NCBI GenBank assembly: GCA_965240465.1
Contig: OZ251219.1
Coordinates: 768,001 to 832,000 of the forward strand
Length of the DNA stretch: 64,000 nucleotides
Direction: 5' to 3'
Source of the DNA: a bacterium
GTDB taxonomy: Bacteria; SAR324; JACQKK01
In this document: in pieces, positions 11,275 through 21,905 of the stretch
Layout: each line of letters starts with the position of its first letter
How positions within the stretch are numbered: the stretch's first letter is position 1
The notes under the pieces: model-generated
The model's input: only the letters and a program-made list of their open reading frames with translations
Databases searched by the model: none
Told to the model about the DNA's origin: nothing
Translations under genes and position numbers: made by a program

Positions 11275-11943
11275 TCAAGCTTGGTTATGGCGGACTATAT
11301 TACCCTGTGCCATATAGATGACATCTTCGGCTATGTTAGTGGCGTGGTCGGCAATGCGTTCCATGCAGCGGCAGATATTTAATTGGGAGATGAGTGTTTC
11401 CAGTTGGGAGGGGTTTTGTTGCATTTCTTGCAAGGCTTGTTCAAAGATAACCCGATTAAGATCATCTACTTCATCATCCATGATGCGTACTGCTTGGGCT
11501 TGTTGGGAGTTCATATCGGTCATGGATTGGAGGGCTTGTTCAAGCATTTGGCAGGTTTTGGTAATGATGGTGTTCAGTCCTAGGTTGACATCAGATCTAT
11601 TTTGGTTGGCGATGATGGAAACTCTTTTAGAAATGTTGACTGCTAAATCTCCGATACGTTCTAGATCATTATTGATCTTCATTATGGCTACCAGATAACG
11701 CAGGTCGCTGGCTACGGGTTGATAGAGGGCGAGTATCTTCAGGCATTCTTCTTCAATATCCACTTCCATAGCATCAATTTCTTGATCTTTGAGGATTACT
11801 TGCTGAGCTAGTTCGGCATTGAGTTCCTTAAAGGAGCTTATCGCCTGCAGTACTTGCTGGGATACTTGATTTCCCAGCTGCTGGATATTCTCACGCAGCT
11901 TATCAATTTGTCTTTGGAGACGGGGAGGAGTGTCGGTATGCAT
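11275..11943 (-). CDS. phoU: Phosphate signalling protein PhoU
   Basis: QPVASDLR, DLERIGDLAVNI, DDEVD and ERIADHATNIAE motifs; last gene of the pst operon. Confidence 0.97.
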   Translation of the reverse strand: MHTDTPPRLQRQIDKLRENIQQLGNQVSQQVLQAISSFKELNAELAQQVILKDQEIDAMEVDIEEECLKILALYQPVASDLRYLVAIMKINNDLERIGDLAVNISKRVSIIANQNRSDVNLGLNTIITKTCQMLEQALQSMTDMNSQQAQAVRIMDDEVDDLNRVIFEQALQEMQQNPSQLETLISQLNICRCMERIADHATNIAEDVIYMAQGNIVRHNQA

Positions 11944-11965
11944 TTTGAGGTCTTAGTGGAGGGGG

Positions 11966-12153
11966 GGGGGGTGCGGGTATGGTGTCGGGATTGCGGGTGT
12001 TATTGCGGTGTTATTGCTGGGGGTGCGGGTATGGTGTCGGGATTGCGGGTGTTATTGCGGTGTTATTGCTGGGGGTGCGGGTATGGTGTCGGGATTGCGG
12101 GTGTTATTGCGGTGTTATTGCTGGGGGTGCGGGTATGGTGTCGGGATTGCGGG
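11966..12153. repeat. 52-nt G/T-rich tandem repeat x~3.5
   Basis: GTGCGGGTATGGTGTCGGGATTGCGGG... recurs at 11971, 12023, 12075 and 12127. Confidence 0.93.
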
Positions 12154-12165
12154 GGGTGGGGGGTG

Positions 12166-13044
12166 TTAGCCGAAGCGTCCAGTGATGTAGTTTTCGGTGC
12201 TAAGACACTTTGGTTGGGTGAACAGGTTTCGGGTTTTGTTGTACTCTAGCAATTTACCCAGATAAAGAAAAGCAGTGTAGTCCGATACCCGTGCGGCTTG
12301 CTGCATGTTATGGGTGACGATGATGACAGTATAGTCCTTTTTAAGTTGACTAATCAATTCTTCAATGCGGGCGGTAGCAATGGGGTCTAGAGCCGAGCAG
12401 GGTTCATCCATGAGGATTATTTCTGGGTTGATGGCGATGGCTCGGGCGATACAGAGTCTTTGCATTTGACCTCCTGAGAGTCCCAGTGCTGATTCGTGCA
12501 ATCTGGTTTTCACTTCATCCCAGAGGGCAGCCGCCCGCAGGCTTTTTTCGGCTTTTTCTTCTAAGGTTTGGCGATCATTTATTCCCGCAATGCGGAGGCC
12601 GTAAATAGTATTTTCATAGATGGACTTAGAAAAGGGATTTGATTGCTGAAAGACCATCCCTACCTTTTGTCGGAGGGCGATAACATCCAGTTCGGCTTGG
12701 TTGATATCTTGATTGTCTAGTAGGATACGTCCTTGGGTGTGGACGCTTTCCACTAGGTCGTTCATGCGATTTAAGGCTCGTAGCAGGGTGGATTTTCCAC
12801 AGCCTGAGGGTCCAATGAAAGCGGTGACCCTACCTTTGGGGATATCCATGTTGAGGTCGGAAATGGCAGGCTGCGGGCCATACGATATAGACAGGTCTTC
12901 AATTTTTAGCAGGGGTTTGGAGATCTGAATACAGAAATGTTTCGGTCTTTTGCTGTTATGGGTGGGGCTACCCGAGGACAGACTAGCAGCTGGGTACTTG
13001 GGTAGCTTAACAGCATGAGTAGGAGTTTTTTCTTCCATGGACAA
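12166..13044 (-). CDS. pstB: Phosphate ABC transporter ATPase
   Basis: [41 protein letters not shown] and YITGRFG motifs. Confidence 0.97.
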   Translation of the reverse strand: MSMEEKTPTHAVKLPKYPAASLSSGSPTHNSKRPKHFCIQISKPLLKIEDLSISYGPQPAISDLNMDIPKGRVTAFIGPSGCGKSTLLRALNRMNDLVESVHTQGRILLDNQDINQAELDVIALRQKVGMVFQQSNPFSKSIYENTIYGLRIAGINDRQTLEEKAEKSLRAAALWDEVKTRLHESALGLSGGQMQRLCIARAIAINPEIILMDEPCSALDPIATARIEELISQLKKDYTVIIVTHNMQQAARVSDYTAFLYLGKLLEYNKTRNLFTQPKCLSTENYITGRFG

Positions 13045-13119
13045 TTAAGATTAGGCGATTAGGAGATTAGGCGATTAAGATTAGGAGATTAAGATTAGGA
13101 GATTAGGCGATTAAGATTG
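13045..13119. repeat. Degenerate short tandem repeat (TTAAGA / TTAGG(A/C)GA units)
   Basis: Read directly between pstA and pstB. Confidence 0.85.
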
Positions 13120-13247
13120 AGCAATTAAATTGGTATGCAAACAATGAATAATAGCAAGAGATTAAAAAATAGGAGGGACAAATAGAAAAAAGGGGTACTG
13201 ATCATCTGAGCAAAAACTGCCAAAAGCCTATCAGGTACTACAGCAAG

Positions 13248-14864
13248 CTAGAAGGCACTCCCTTGGTAATAGCGGCGCATGCGATTACGCAACCAGATGC
13301 CAGTCAGGCTGATAATAATGACGATAAATATCAGCAGTAAAGAGGTAAAATAGACCAAAGGTTCGGCGGCTTCGGCATTGGGAGATTGAAAGCCAAGATC
13401 AAAGATATGGAATGCCAAGCTCATGAATTTACGCTCCAGATGAATATAAGGGAAGGTAGCATCAAGAGGCAATTGAGGAGCAAGTTTAACTACTCCCGTG
13501 AGCATGAGGGGGGCAGTTTCGCCAGCAGCTCTAGCGATTGCTAGTACGAAGCCAGTTAGGATACCAGGGGTGGACATCGGTAGGACTACTCGGGTGAGGG
13601 TTTGAAAGCGGGTGGAACCCAGGGCGTAGGCTGCTTGTCGCATGCCCTTGGGAATGGAAGATAAACCCTCTTCTGTAGCTACGATGACCACTGGTACCGT
13701 CAGCAGTGCCATAGTGAGACTAGCCCAAAGAATACCTCCACTGCCAAAGGTGGGGGTAGGCAATCTTTCGGGGAAGAAGAAATGGTCCAGTCCGCCACCT
13801 ACTCCATAAATGAAGAATCCCAGCCCAAAGATGCCAAATACAATGGATGGCACCCCAGCCAGATTATACACAGCTACCCGCACCAATCGTAACAGAAATC
13901 CTTCTTTGGCGTATTCACAGAGATAAATGGCAGTTAGGACGCCCAAGGGAATACAAAATATACTCATTAAAAATACCAACAGGACAGTGCCAAAAATGGC
14001 TGGGGCAAGTCCTCCTTCGGTGTTGGCTTCGCGGGGTGAATGGGTCAGGGTGGTAGTCAGCTTCTTGAGGGATACCCATATTTTGCCGGGCAAAGACATA
14101 TCATTAGGAGCAATCACTCGTACAATGTCTATCATGGCGATCGGAATGAGCTGCCCTCGGCTATCTTGGAACAGGGCTTGATTACGCTCCAGCCGTTTCA
14201 GCTTGATTTGTAGCTGGAGTCGTTTTTGCTCAAATGTATCTGCCAGTTGCTGCTGGTGGATCTCCAAATTTTGGATGGTCTGAGCATTTTCGGTTGCATC
14301 CCGCCAGCTAAGCCGCAATGCCTTTAAGCGTAGGCGTTCTTGACGCTGTGAGATGGAACTAAGGTCGTGCTGTTGCTTCTTCAGGGTGGTGTACTGCTGG
14401 CGAACGGTTTTCAGGACAGATCGCCAAGGAATGGATAGCGTAGCTGTGGATTTTATGCTCGGGTCATGTAGCAATGCGTGGAAGCGTCCATAGAAATCCC
14501 CAAATTCTTCTCTTTCTAGTACCAGTAGTCCTCTGGGTTTGGAGTAAGAAGCTACTTTCTCAAATGAGACCCATTGAAATTCGTTGGAGAGTTCTCGGTT
14601 GCCCGTTTTCAGCTTCCAGTTGGCAGGCTGTTCCTTATTAGGAGGGACCTTCTCGCGTAGCTGTCCCCAAACAACCAGCCCTGATTTTAGTCGTAGCTCC
14701 AAAACATCTTGAGGCCACAAAAACCTGAGACCATTCACCAGCAACAATCCCATCAGTAAAAAAGCCATCAGCAAGGTGAAGCTCACTACTCCCCCAGACA
14801 GCCAGACCCACCTCTCCCCTTGAGGAACTGAACCAGCAGATAAACAGGAAACCTTCTTAAACAT
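13248..14864 (-). CDS. pstA: Phosphate ABC permease PstA (N-terminally extended type)
   Basis: PREANTEGG, LAGVPSIVFGIFG and ARAAGETAPL motifs. Confidence 0.95.
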   Translation of the reverse strand: MFKKVSCLSAGSVPQGERWVWLSGGVVSFTLLMAFLLMGLLLVNGLRFLWPQDVLELRLKSGLVVWGQLREKVPPNKEQPANWKLKTGNRELSNEFQWVSFEKVASYSKPRGLLVLEREEFGDFYGRFHALLHDPSIKSTATLSIPWRSVLKTVRQQYTTLKKQQHDLSSISQRQERLRLKALRLSWRDATENAQTIQNLEIHQQQLADTFEQKRLQLQIKLKRLERNQALFQDSRGQLIPIAMIDIVRVIAPNDMSLPGKIWVSLKKLTTTLTHSPREANTEGGLAPAIFGTVLLVFLMSIFCIPLGVLTAIYLCEYAKEGFLLRLVRVAVYNLAGVPSIVFGIFGLGFFIYGVGGGLDHFFFPERLPTPTFGSGGILWASLTMALLTVPVVIVATEEGLSSIPKGMRQAAYALGSTRFQTLTRVVLPMSTPGILTGFVLAIARAAGETAPLMLTGVVKLAPQLPLDATFPYIHLERKFMSLAFHIFDLGFQSPNAEAAEPLVYFTSLLLIFIVIIISLTGIWLRNRMRRYYQGSAF

Positions 14865-14873
14865 GGATAGGTC

Positions 14874-17180
14874 TTAATGACGAGAAAATTTATAACGCAA
14901 ACGGGAACGCACCAATTCGGCTAAGGAGTTAATGATAAAGGTAGCCATAAACAACAGGGTAGCCGTTAGAAACAGGGTACGGTACAAGGTGCTATCTCGG
15001 GGTGCTTCGGGGACTTCCACCGCAATGTTGGCAGAGATGGTACGCATGCCAGTAAAAATGCTAGCATCAATAATGGGAGTATTCCCCGCCGCCATTAAGA
15101 CAATCATGGTCTCACCTACTGCTCGTCCTAGCCCCAGCATCAAAGCCGCAAAGATGCCCGCACTGGCAGCAGGTAAGATCACTCGCCACAGGGTCTGCCA
15201 GCGAGAAGCCCCCAAGGCTAAGGAAGCCGCCGTCAAGCGACGAGGTACATTGCTTAAGGCATCCTCAGAAATGCTGAAAATGCTGGGAACAACTGCAAAA
15301 CCTAAGGCAATGGCAATCACAATGGCATTGCGTTGATCGTAGTAAATATCCCAGCGCTGAAACAACCATTCAGTCAGAGGACCCTTAAGCCAAAATTTGT
15401 CTAGCAGACTGCCCAGCCAACCAGCCAAGAAAATACTCACCACTACTAGGGGTACGACTGCTAAAAATTCTCTGCTGCGGAAAAACTTCAGCCAACCCCA
15501 AGAATACGAAAACTTGTTCACCAAAGCCATTAACACTAAAATAACTACTGGTAACAAACCCAGACCAAGCAATATACTGCTGAGGCTAGTTTCCACTAAG
15601 GGTGCAAGCCAAAAGGCAGCCAAAAAACCTAAAATCACCGTTGGTACAGCATCCATCAGTTCAAAAATGGGTTTGACAATGTTTCGTAGCCGAGTTTCCA
15701 TCATTTGGCTGGCGTACATGGCACTAAACACACCCAAGGGGGCTGCAAATAGCATTCCGTAAAAAGTAGCTTTCAAGGTACCAAACACTAAGGGTATTAA
15801 GCTCAGCTTGGGTTCGGTATCTTCTGCAGTGGAGGACTGCCAGATATACTCTGGCTTTTGGTATCCCTCATAAAAAATCCGACCAAAAAAAGCTCTCAGC
15901 CCTCCTTCAGGATGGGAAGCATCCAGCTCCCAAATGCTGGCTCTCCCCTGATAATCAAGAGCAAAAATACTCTGATCCCGCAAATCTAGAGCTGCCATAG
16001 CTAAGATATCTCCAGCTTCTTTAGGACCAGACAAAGGCAAATCTGCCAAAACACGACCACTAGTATTATGACTAAAAGCCACCGTGCCATCATCTGCCAA
16101 GCTGAGCAAACTCTTAGAGCGTGAAGCAGTCACAATTTGTTGCACTGGAGCCTCGTGTGCCTGCCAAGTACGCAGAGCCGTCAATTCTGGTGTAATTGAG
16201 GACTCGCCAGAGGGAGTGGTAAAAACGGGCACTTTTATAACTAGCCAGCTACTGATGCGTCCATTTGCATGCCCTGCCAAGAGGGTATCATCACCCAGTA
16301 GCAAACTGAGGGCAGTTATCGTAGCCAGTCCACTTTGTTGACTGATGACCGCTAAAGGACCTGGGGGAGTGTCTTCATCAGCATGCCAGTAAAACAGCCG
16401 ATCCCCATAAGCCGCATAGGCATTACGCCCATCGGCACTGAGAGCCAACAAGGGAGGCTCGGTATTCTCGCCTGTATTCGTCGCGGATAAGATCCAGTCT
16501 TGATGGATGTTCTCTCCATCTCCAAACAAGCCTTCAGTTTTTCGCCAGTGTTCCAGCAGCAAGCGTCCATCGGGGAGCAGGCTAAGACGGCTATCAGATT
16601 GAGGGTTTTGTCGGAGAATTGCGTTCAGGGGCAGTCCTGAGCTAGCAGGTGAAATGGTAGATAAATTGGCAGGTGCTGATTGCTGACTAAGAATCTCCCA
16701 GTGAGGTACAATGGTGCGTTGTTGATCCTCATCAAACTGGGGCTTGACCCCGATGATTACTAAGCTGCTGGCAGCGTTTTTCCAGAACAAGCTGTAGCGA
16801 CCGTGACCGAGCGAGTGAACGTGCTTTAATTGCGAGCCTTTTCCGATGGTATTCAGGTTGTATTGGGCTTGGATTTCGCCTGAGTTTAGCTCAAAGAATT
16901 GCAGTTGGCTTTTCTGGTTGATGGTGAATCCGAGCTGTTTATATTCTCCGATCCCCAAGAGCAGTATTTTATCCTTTTTTAACGCCTGTTCCAGTGGGAG
17001 TTGCTGTACTAGCTTCAGTCTGGCGGGTGAGAACAAAGGCAAGGCTACCGTGGCTATCAAAGCCAACATGCCTAGCACGCAGACGATGACCCCAACCCCA
17101 CCCGCAGTTACTATTCCAGTTGCCAGTTTATCTAGGTACTTGGCGCGGTATTTTCGGTTGATTTTTTTACTAGCTAACAA
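14874..17180 (-). CDS. pstC: Phosphate ABC permease PstC with large periplasmic WD40-like region
   Basis: YEGY.KPEYIWQSS, GTLKATFY, PTVILGFLA and GRAVGETMIVLMA.GN motifs. Start codon uncertain. Confidence 0.93.
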   Translation of the reverse strand: MLASKKINRKYRAKYLDKLATGIVTAGGVGVIVCVLGMLALIATVALPLFSPARLKLVQQLPLEQALKKDKILLLGIGEYKQLGFTINQKSQLQFFELNSGEIQAQYNLNTIGKGSQLKHVHSLGHGRYSLFWKNAASSLVIIGVKPQFDEDQQRTIVPHWEILSQQSAPANLSTISPASSGLPLNAILRQNPQSDSRLSLLPDGRLLLEHWRKTEGLFGDGENIHQDWILSATNTGENTEPPLLALSADGRNAYAAYGDRLFYWHADEDTPPGPLAVISQQSGLATITALSLLLGDDTLLAGHANGRISSWLVIKVPVFTTPSGESSITPELTALRTWQAHEAPVQQIVTASRSKSLLSLADDGTVAFSHNTSGRVLADLPLSGPKEAGDILAMAALDLRDQSIFALDYQGRASIWELDASHPEGGLRAFFGRIFYEGYQKPEYIWQSSTAEDTEPKLSLIPLVFGTLKATFYGMLFAAPLGVFSAMYASQMMETRLRNIVKPIFELMDAVPTVILGFLAAFWLAPLVETSLSSILLGLGLLPVVILVLMALVNKFSYSWGWLKFFRSREFLAVVPLVVVSIFLAGWLGSLLDKFWLKGPLTEWLFQRWDIYYDQRNAIVIAIALGFAVVPSIFSISEDALSNVPRRLTAASLALGASRWQTLWRVILPAASAGIFAALMLGLGRAVGETMIVLMAAGNTPIIDASIFTGMRTISANIAVEVPEAPRDSTLYRTLFLTATLLFMATFIINSLAELVRSRLRYKFSRH

Positions 17181-17304
17181 ATAGACATTCTTTCTTGAGA
17201 GACGCCAAGCGGTACCGTCCTACCCAAAAAAGGCAATGGGTGTATATTGGCCTTATCCATTGCTGGAAATGTTTAAGTACAAGCGGGGCTAGTAGAAGGC
17301 TCAC

Positions 17305-18330
17305 TTACAGTCCTAATTTTTTTCTTATTTTACGGGCTTCTTTATAAGGCAAGGGGAAGTAGCCATCTTTTATCACCACTTGTTGACCCTCTTTGGATAA
17401 AACCAAGTCCAAGAAATTCTTCGTTAGGGAGTCCAAGGGTTTTTTGGGCTGTTTAGCCACATAGATATACAGCAGTCTGGATAAAGGATAATTGCCATTT
17501 AAGGCAGCTTGGGGAGTAGGAGCATAAAAGCGGCCTTTTCTCTTGCCTAAAGGGACTATTCTCACGTCTGCAGTGCTGTAGCCGAAGCCACTATAACCTA
17601 TTCCAGCTACATCCCCAGCTACGCCACCGACCACCGCAGAAGATCCAGGTTGCTCCTTTACTACCGAGCGATAATCACCCCTAAACAAGGCTACCTTCTT
17701 GAAATAGTCATAAGTCCCCGAGGCAGAATTACGACCATAAAGACTAATTGCTCGCTTGGTTAAGCTCCCCTTCACTCCGACTTGCCCCCAAGTGACAATT
17801 CTCTTGGGACTACCTCCTTTGCGAGTACTGGAAAACATTGCATCCAGCTGAACTAAACTCAATCCCTGGATGGGGTTGCTTCGGTGAACATAAATCGCTA
17901 AGGCATCTACCGCGACTGGCACTTGAGTCGGCTTGTATCCATGCTTATTCTCAAAAGACTCCAGCTCTTTCAGCTTCATTGCCCGAGACATCGGACCTAG
18001 CCTAGTAACGCCCTCAGTCAGGGCGGGTGGAGCCGTGCCAGAACCCTTGCCCTCTATCTGAACATTCACATTGGGATAGTAAGAACGAAATCGCTCCGCC
18101 CACAAGGTCATTAGATTATTGAGCGTGTCGGAACCAATGCTGTTCAAATTACCGCTCACCCCAGCCTGATGCCGATATGCAGGATAGGCTTTATCCACCT
18201 TAGTCTGTGCCTGCGATGCCGATGCTGATGACAACCCCATAAATGCTACCCCCATAAATGCCACCCCTAATACCAGAAAAGCCCTAACACGAACTAGGAG
18301 CCTAATTCTGGAATCAACTAGATCTGCCAT
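17305..18330 (-). CDS. pstS: Phosphate-binding protein PstS
   Basis: Signal peptide; GSDT, GSGT, MSR and YGRNSASGT motifs; YPLSR.LYIY. Confidence 0.95.
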   Translation of the reverse strand: MADLVDSRIRLLVRVRAFLVLGVAFMGVAFMGLSSASASQAQTKVDKAYPAYRHQAGVSGNLNSIGSDTLNNLMTLWAERFRSYYPNVNVQIEGKGSGTAPPALTEGVTRLGPMSRAMKLKELESFENKHGYKPTQVPVAVDALAIYVHRSNPIQGLSLVQLDAMFSSTRKGGSPKRIVTWGQVGVKGSLTKRAISLYGRNSASGTYDYFKKVALFRGDYRSVVKEQPGSSAVVGGVAGDVAGIGYSGFGYSTADVRIVPLGKRKGRFYAPTPQAALNGNYPLSRLLYIYVAKQPKKPLDSLTKNFLDLVLSKEGQQVVIKDGYFPLPYKEARKIRKKLGL

Positions 18331-18659
18331 CGCCTGTTTCCCTATTCTATGTCTTCTGATGGTGTTGCCTTATGGAATGCTCGGCTTCATAAAAACATGC
18401 CCTCATTATCTCTATCTGGATTGAAAGCATTGTCAACTATTTTCAACATTTTTGCCCATAAAAACCCATCTCAAGTAGATGAATTGCTAACTAAACAAGT
18501 ACCTGCTACAATGTGAATTGTCGCTGATTATGTGCCAATACCAGCCATGTAATGGTGGGGTAAGCGGTAGAGTAGTCTCTACAGTAGACCAGCAATCAAT
18601 AGGTGGTTGTTGTATTTGGGGGGTTGTTTTGGATACGAAAAATTGATAAGGAGAAATGA

Positions 18660-19157
18660 ATGTTATCAACAAATATTAACTCAGTAAAAAACTACTGTTC
18701 AGGGAGTACTTTTACCTATTTCCTCAATAAAAGTTGGCTGCTGGGGTTGTTTCTGGGATTGTTTCTGGTATTGGCATCGGGGGTACTCCCAGGATGCTCA
18801 GATAAAACGACTGGTGTATCGGAAGGGACCATTGATAATCCTAATATATTTACCTACGCCCCTAACCTCAGGCTAACAGGCACGGTGGGAGATGTAAGTA
18901 GCTATTACAAGGTGAAAGGTTTATCGGGAGGCACGATTTATGATATATCCATCAGTGGCTTTGATGAAAACCTTGACCTATTTGTATATGAAAATGGTTT
19001 CCAGGAAACCTCATTCTGCGAGGTAACAGGGAACGATAGAGTAAAAATCTGTCAGGTAACCTTGGCTGCAAGTAGTGAACTTGTATATTTGGAGATCAGA
19101 CCGACAGCATATCAAGATGGCACTAGATTTAGCCTATTCGTTGTAGAGAGACCATAA
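18660..19157 (+). CDS. Hypothetical lipoprotein (possible pre-peptidase/PPC-like beta domain)
   Basis: Hydrophobic stretch ending LPGC; YYKV...G..Y.ISISG...NLDLFVY pattern. Confidence 0.5.
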   Translation: MLSTNINSVKNYCSGSTFTYFLNKSWLLGLFLGLFLVLASGVLPGCSDKTTGVSEGTIDNPNIFTYAPNLRLTGTVGDVSSYYKVKGLSGGTIYDISISGFDENLDLFVYENGFQETSFCEVTGNDRVKICQVTLAASSELVYLEIRPTAYQDGTRFSLFVVERP

Positions 19158-19190
19158 CTAATGCTGGTTGTGATTGACTAGCTAGTGAGA

Positions 19191-19958
19191 TCAAGACGCG
19201 TTCCAGCAGATGCTAAATATCCAAGGGTGCTGCTGGAACAAGAGCCCAGTGCCAGTTACTAGCTCGGGGAGGCTACCTTGGGCTTGCCAGCGGATTTTTT
19301 GCCAGTGTTTATCGGGGGGGGACTTGGTGAGTTGAATGTTGATGTCTGGGAATTTAATCCAGGTTTGCCAGCGAGGATAAAGGGCTTTGAAGATGCTCTC
19401 CTTGGCAGAAAAATATCCTAGTAGATCTGGTAGCTGATATTCAGCCGCAGGGGGAGGAGTAGTGTCGGCAGGAGTAGTATCGGCAGGAGTAGTGTCGGCG
19501 GGGGGGGTGTGTGTGTCAGGGGTAGTCTTTAGGTGGTGGGATTCGGTAGGGGATAGGATTCGGCGTGCCAAGCGGTCGGCATCCAAGCTGGGCCTGTGAT
19601 GCTCTAAATCAACTCCGAAGGGCGAGCATTGTTTCTGCAAACCGACCACTGCTACCGCCCAACCACCAGCATGGCTGATGCTCCCTCTGACTCCCTCGGG
19701 CCAAATAGGCAAGCCTCGTTCACTGCGTCCGATGGGGTCTGGTTTTCGGTGAGGAGATAATTGGCTCAGGGCTTGATAGGCTGCTTCTCGCCCGAGTAGG
19801 AAATCTTTACGCCTTTGGGGGTGGGCTTTGGCAGGTAGAAGCAGGTCGTGAGGGAGGGGGTCGGGGATATTATAATCTGGTGAGAGCAGTACCAGTTGCA
19901 GACCCTTGGGCATTAAAGGATGCTTCAAATTTAGCAGGCGGGGCTGCAAAGCGGTCAT
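19191..19958 (-). CDS. 4'-phosphopantetheinyl transferase (EntD/Sfp type)
   Basis: RRKDFLLGR, P.WP.G..GSISH, GVDLE and FSAKESIFKA motifs. Confidence 0.9.
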   Translation of the reverse strand: MTALQPRLLNLKHPLMPKGLQLVLLSPDYNIPDPLPHDLLLPAKAHPQRRKDFLLGREAAYQALSQLSPHRKPDPIGRSERGLPIWPEGVRGSISHAGGWAVAVVGLQKQCSPFGVDLEHHRPSLDADRLARRILSPTESHHLKTTPDTHTPPADTTPADTTPADTTPPPAAEYQLPDLLGYFSAKESIFKALYPRWQTWIKFPDINIQLTKSPPDKHWQKIRWQAQGSLPELVTGTGLLFQQHPWIFSICWNAS

Positions 19959-20012
19959 AACATCAGAGCAGAAAAGAAGCGAGGAGGTATTTACTTGAAA
20001 GTTGCCTAGTAG

Positions 20013-20597
20013 TTATTTGTGGAGGGACTTGATGACTTTCATGTCTTTAAGGGGAGGGTACGACCAACCTAGGTCTTGGGGATCGGGGAGGTCTTGCAGG
20101 GATTGCAGATTAAAGAGGCTGAGGAATTTCTGGGAAGTTTTATAAAGGATTGGTCTACCGGGAGCGGTATCTTTGCCAGCTATTTTTATCAGATTTTTTT
20201 CCAACAGACCTCTCAGGATGTTACTTACATCTACTCCACGCATGAATTCAATTTCTGCTCTGGTGGTTGGCTGGCGGTAGGCGATCACGGCGAGTACTTC
20301 CATGGTGGGGTCTGATAGTTTAATCGGTTTTAGGGGAAGTGCCTTTTGTAGCCAAGTTTGATATTCAGACAGGGTGCGTAGTTGAAAGCGGTCGCCTAGC
20401 TGGACTACCCTAAAAGAACGCCCGGTTTTTTGATAGCTACAGTTGAGTTGCTCAGTTAGGAGCTTGATGGAGGCAGGAGGGTTGATGTCTTTTCCCAAAA
20501 TGCGAGACAGCACGGTAGCTGAGAGTGGCTCTAAACTGGAAAACAAGATGGCTTCTAACACCGAGGAAGGGTCAGGGCATTGTTTTGAATTATTCAT
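20013..20597 (-). CDS. scpB: SMC-Scp complex subunit ScpB
   Basis: LEAILF, EVLAVIAYRQPTTRAEIE..RGV and PGRPILY.T...FL..F.L.SL.DLP motifs. Confidence 0.95.
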   Translation of the reverse strand: MNNSKQCPDPSSVLEAILFSSLEPLSATVLSRILGKDINPPASIKLLTEQLNCSYQKTGRSFRVVQLGDRFQLRTLSEYQTWLQKALPLKPIKLSDPTMEVLAVIAYRQPTTRAEIEFMRGVDVSNILRGLLEKNLIKIAGKDTAPGRPILYKTSQKFLSLFNLQSLQDLPDPQDLGWSYPPLKDMKVIKSLHK

Positions 20598-20652
20598 TGA
20601 TCGCCACGCTAGGCTGGGTTTTTTATAGGGGGGTATTTTTTACGAGAAGCTT

Positions 20653-20775
20653 TGGACGGACTGCTCTTGCGGACAGCTTGGACGGGAATTTTTTACGAAC
20701 CGCTTGGACGGACAGCTTGGACGGACAGCTTGGACGGACAGCTTGGATAGACAGCTTGGATAGACAGCTTGGATA
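20653..20775. repeat. 13-nt tandem repeat (GACAGCTTGGA(C/T)(G/A)) x~8, partly degenerate
   Basis: Read directly between scpB and lipA. Confidence 0.9.
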
Positions 20776-20825
20776 GGGAATCTCCACAGGAATTTTTCTA
20801 CGGGAAGTTTCTAGCAAGAAGCTTT

Positions 20826-20880
20826 TTATTGGGGGCCTTTTATTGGGGGATTCTTATTGGGGGATTCTTATTGGGGATTA
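20826..20880. repeat. ~14-nt tandem repeat (TTATTGGGGGATTC) x~4 abutting the lipA stop
   Basis: Read directly. Confidence 0.85.
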
Positions 20881-21798
20881 GTTTTTGAGAGGGGGTGTTG
20901 TTTCTCGCAGTTGCTGGAGAAGATAGAATTCGGCAGCTCGATAGGAGCTACGTACCAATGGTCCTGAAGCTACATAAGCGAAGCCCATTTGGAGTCCTTT
21001 TTCTTGTAATGATTTGAATTGGTCAGGATGAACGAAGGAGTGGACTTTTAGTTTTCGTTTGGTGGGTTGTAGATATTGTCCTATGGTGAGGAAATCTACC
21101 TCAATAGAGCGTAGGGTTTCCATGGCTTCCAAGGTTTCCGCTTCGGTTTCTCCGAGCCCTAGCATGATAGAAGATTTGGTTTTTAGTTTTGGATAGAGTT
21201 TTTTGGCGTGGGTCAAGATTTCCAGTGACTGGGCAAAGGTAGCCCGATGGTCTCTGACTACGGGAGTGAGTCTTTCGATGGTTTCTATGTTGTGGGCGAA
21301 GACGGTAGGGTGAGCTTTGAGTACGGTTTCTAGATCTGCCAAGCGTCCTTGGAAATCGGGAGTGAGTATCTCAATCAGCAGTTGGGGACTGGCTAGCTGG
21401 CAGCGTCGGATGGTTTGTGCGAAGTGCTGAGCACCTTGATCTGGGAGGTCGTCACGGTTAACGGAAGTGATTACTACATAGTCCAGTTCCAGGGCTCGGA
21501 TGGTTTCTGCTATGTTCAGGGGTTCGGCGGGATCCAGGGGCGGGGGGCAACGGGAACTGGCGACCGAACAAAAACGACAACCTCTGGTACAAGAATCTCC
21601 CATCAGCATAAAGGTAGCGGTGCCTCCGTTCCAACATTCCCCGATATTTGGGCAACGAGCTTCTTCGCAGACGGTGTGTAACCCTAAGCTACGAGCCCGC
21701 TTTAGGATCCAGTTATAGCGTTCGCCGCCGGGTACGGATACCTTCAACCAACTCGGTTTGGTATGTTTGGGCTGAGAAGTAGAAACAGAGACGGCCAT
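20878..21798 (-). CDS. lipA: Lipoyl synthase
   Basis: CEEARCPNIGEC, CTRGCRFC and PLVRSSYRA motifs. Confidence 0.98.
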   Translation of the reverse strand: MAVSVSTSQPKHTKPSWLKVSVPGGERYNWILKRARSLGLHTVCEEARCPNIGECWNGGTATFMLMGDSCTRGCRFCSVASSRCPPPLDPAEPLNIAETIRALELDYVVITSVNRDDLPDQGAQHFAQTIRRCQLASPQLLIEILTPDFQGRLADLETVLKAHPTVFAHNIETIERLTPVVRDHRATFAQSLEILTHAKKLYPKLKTKSSIMLGLGETEAETLEAMETLRSIEVDFLTIGQYLQPTKRKLKVHSFVHPDQFKSLQEKGLQMGFAYVASGPLVRSSYRAAEFYLLQQLRETTPPLKN

Positions 21799-21905
21799 AA
21801 CTCAAAAATTTCCTCTGATTGAAATATAGCACATCCGCTGTGAGAACAAAACAAAGCACCCCCCCCCACCGTATCAACTACTTGATAATAATACCACAGC
21901 ACAAA

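Noticed and set aside
11854-12249. Cys/Gly-rich repeat ORFs on the + strand
   Set aside because: They are translations of the 52-nt tandem repeat and overlap phoU and pstB on the opposite strand.
18400-18460. Pho box upstream of pstS
   Set aside because: Only a weak 11-nt-spaced T(G/T)TCAAC pair is visible; the match to the PhoB consensus is insufficient.
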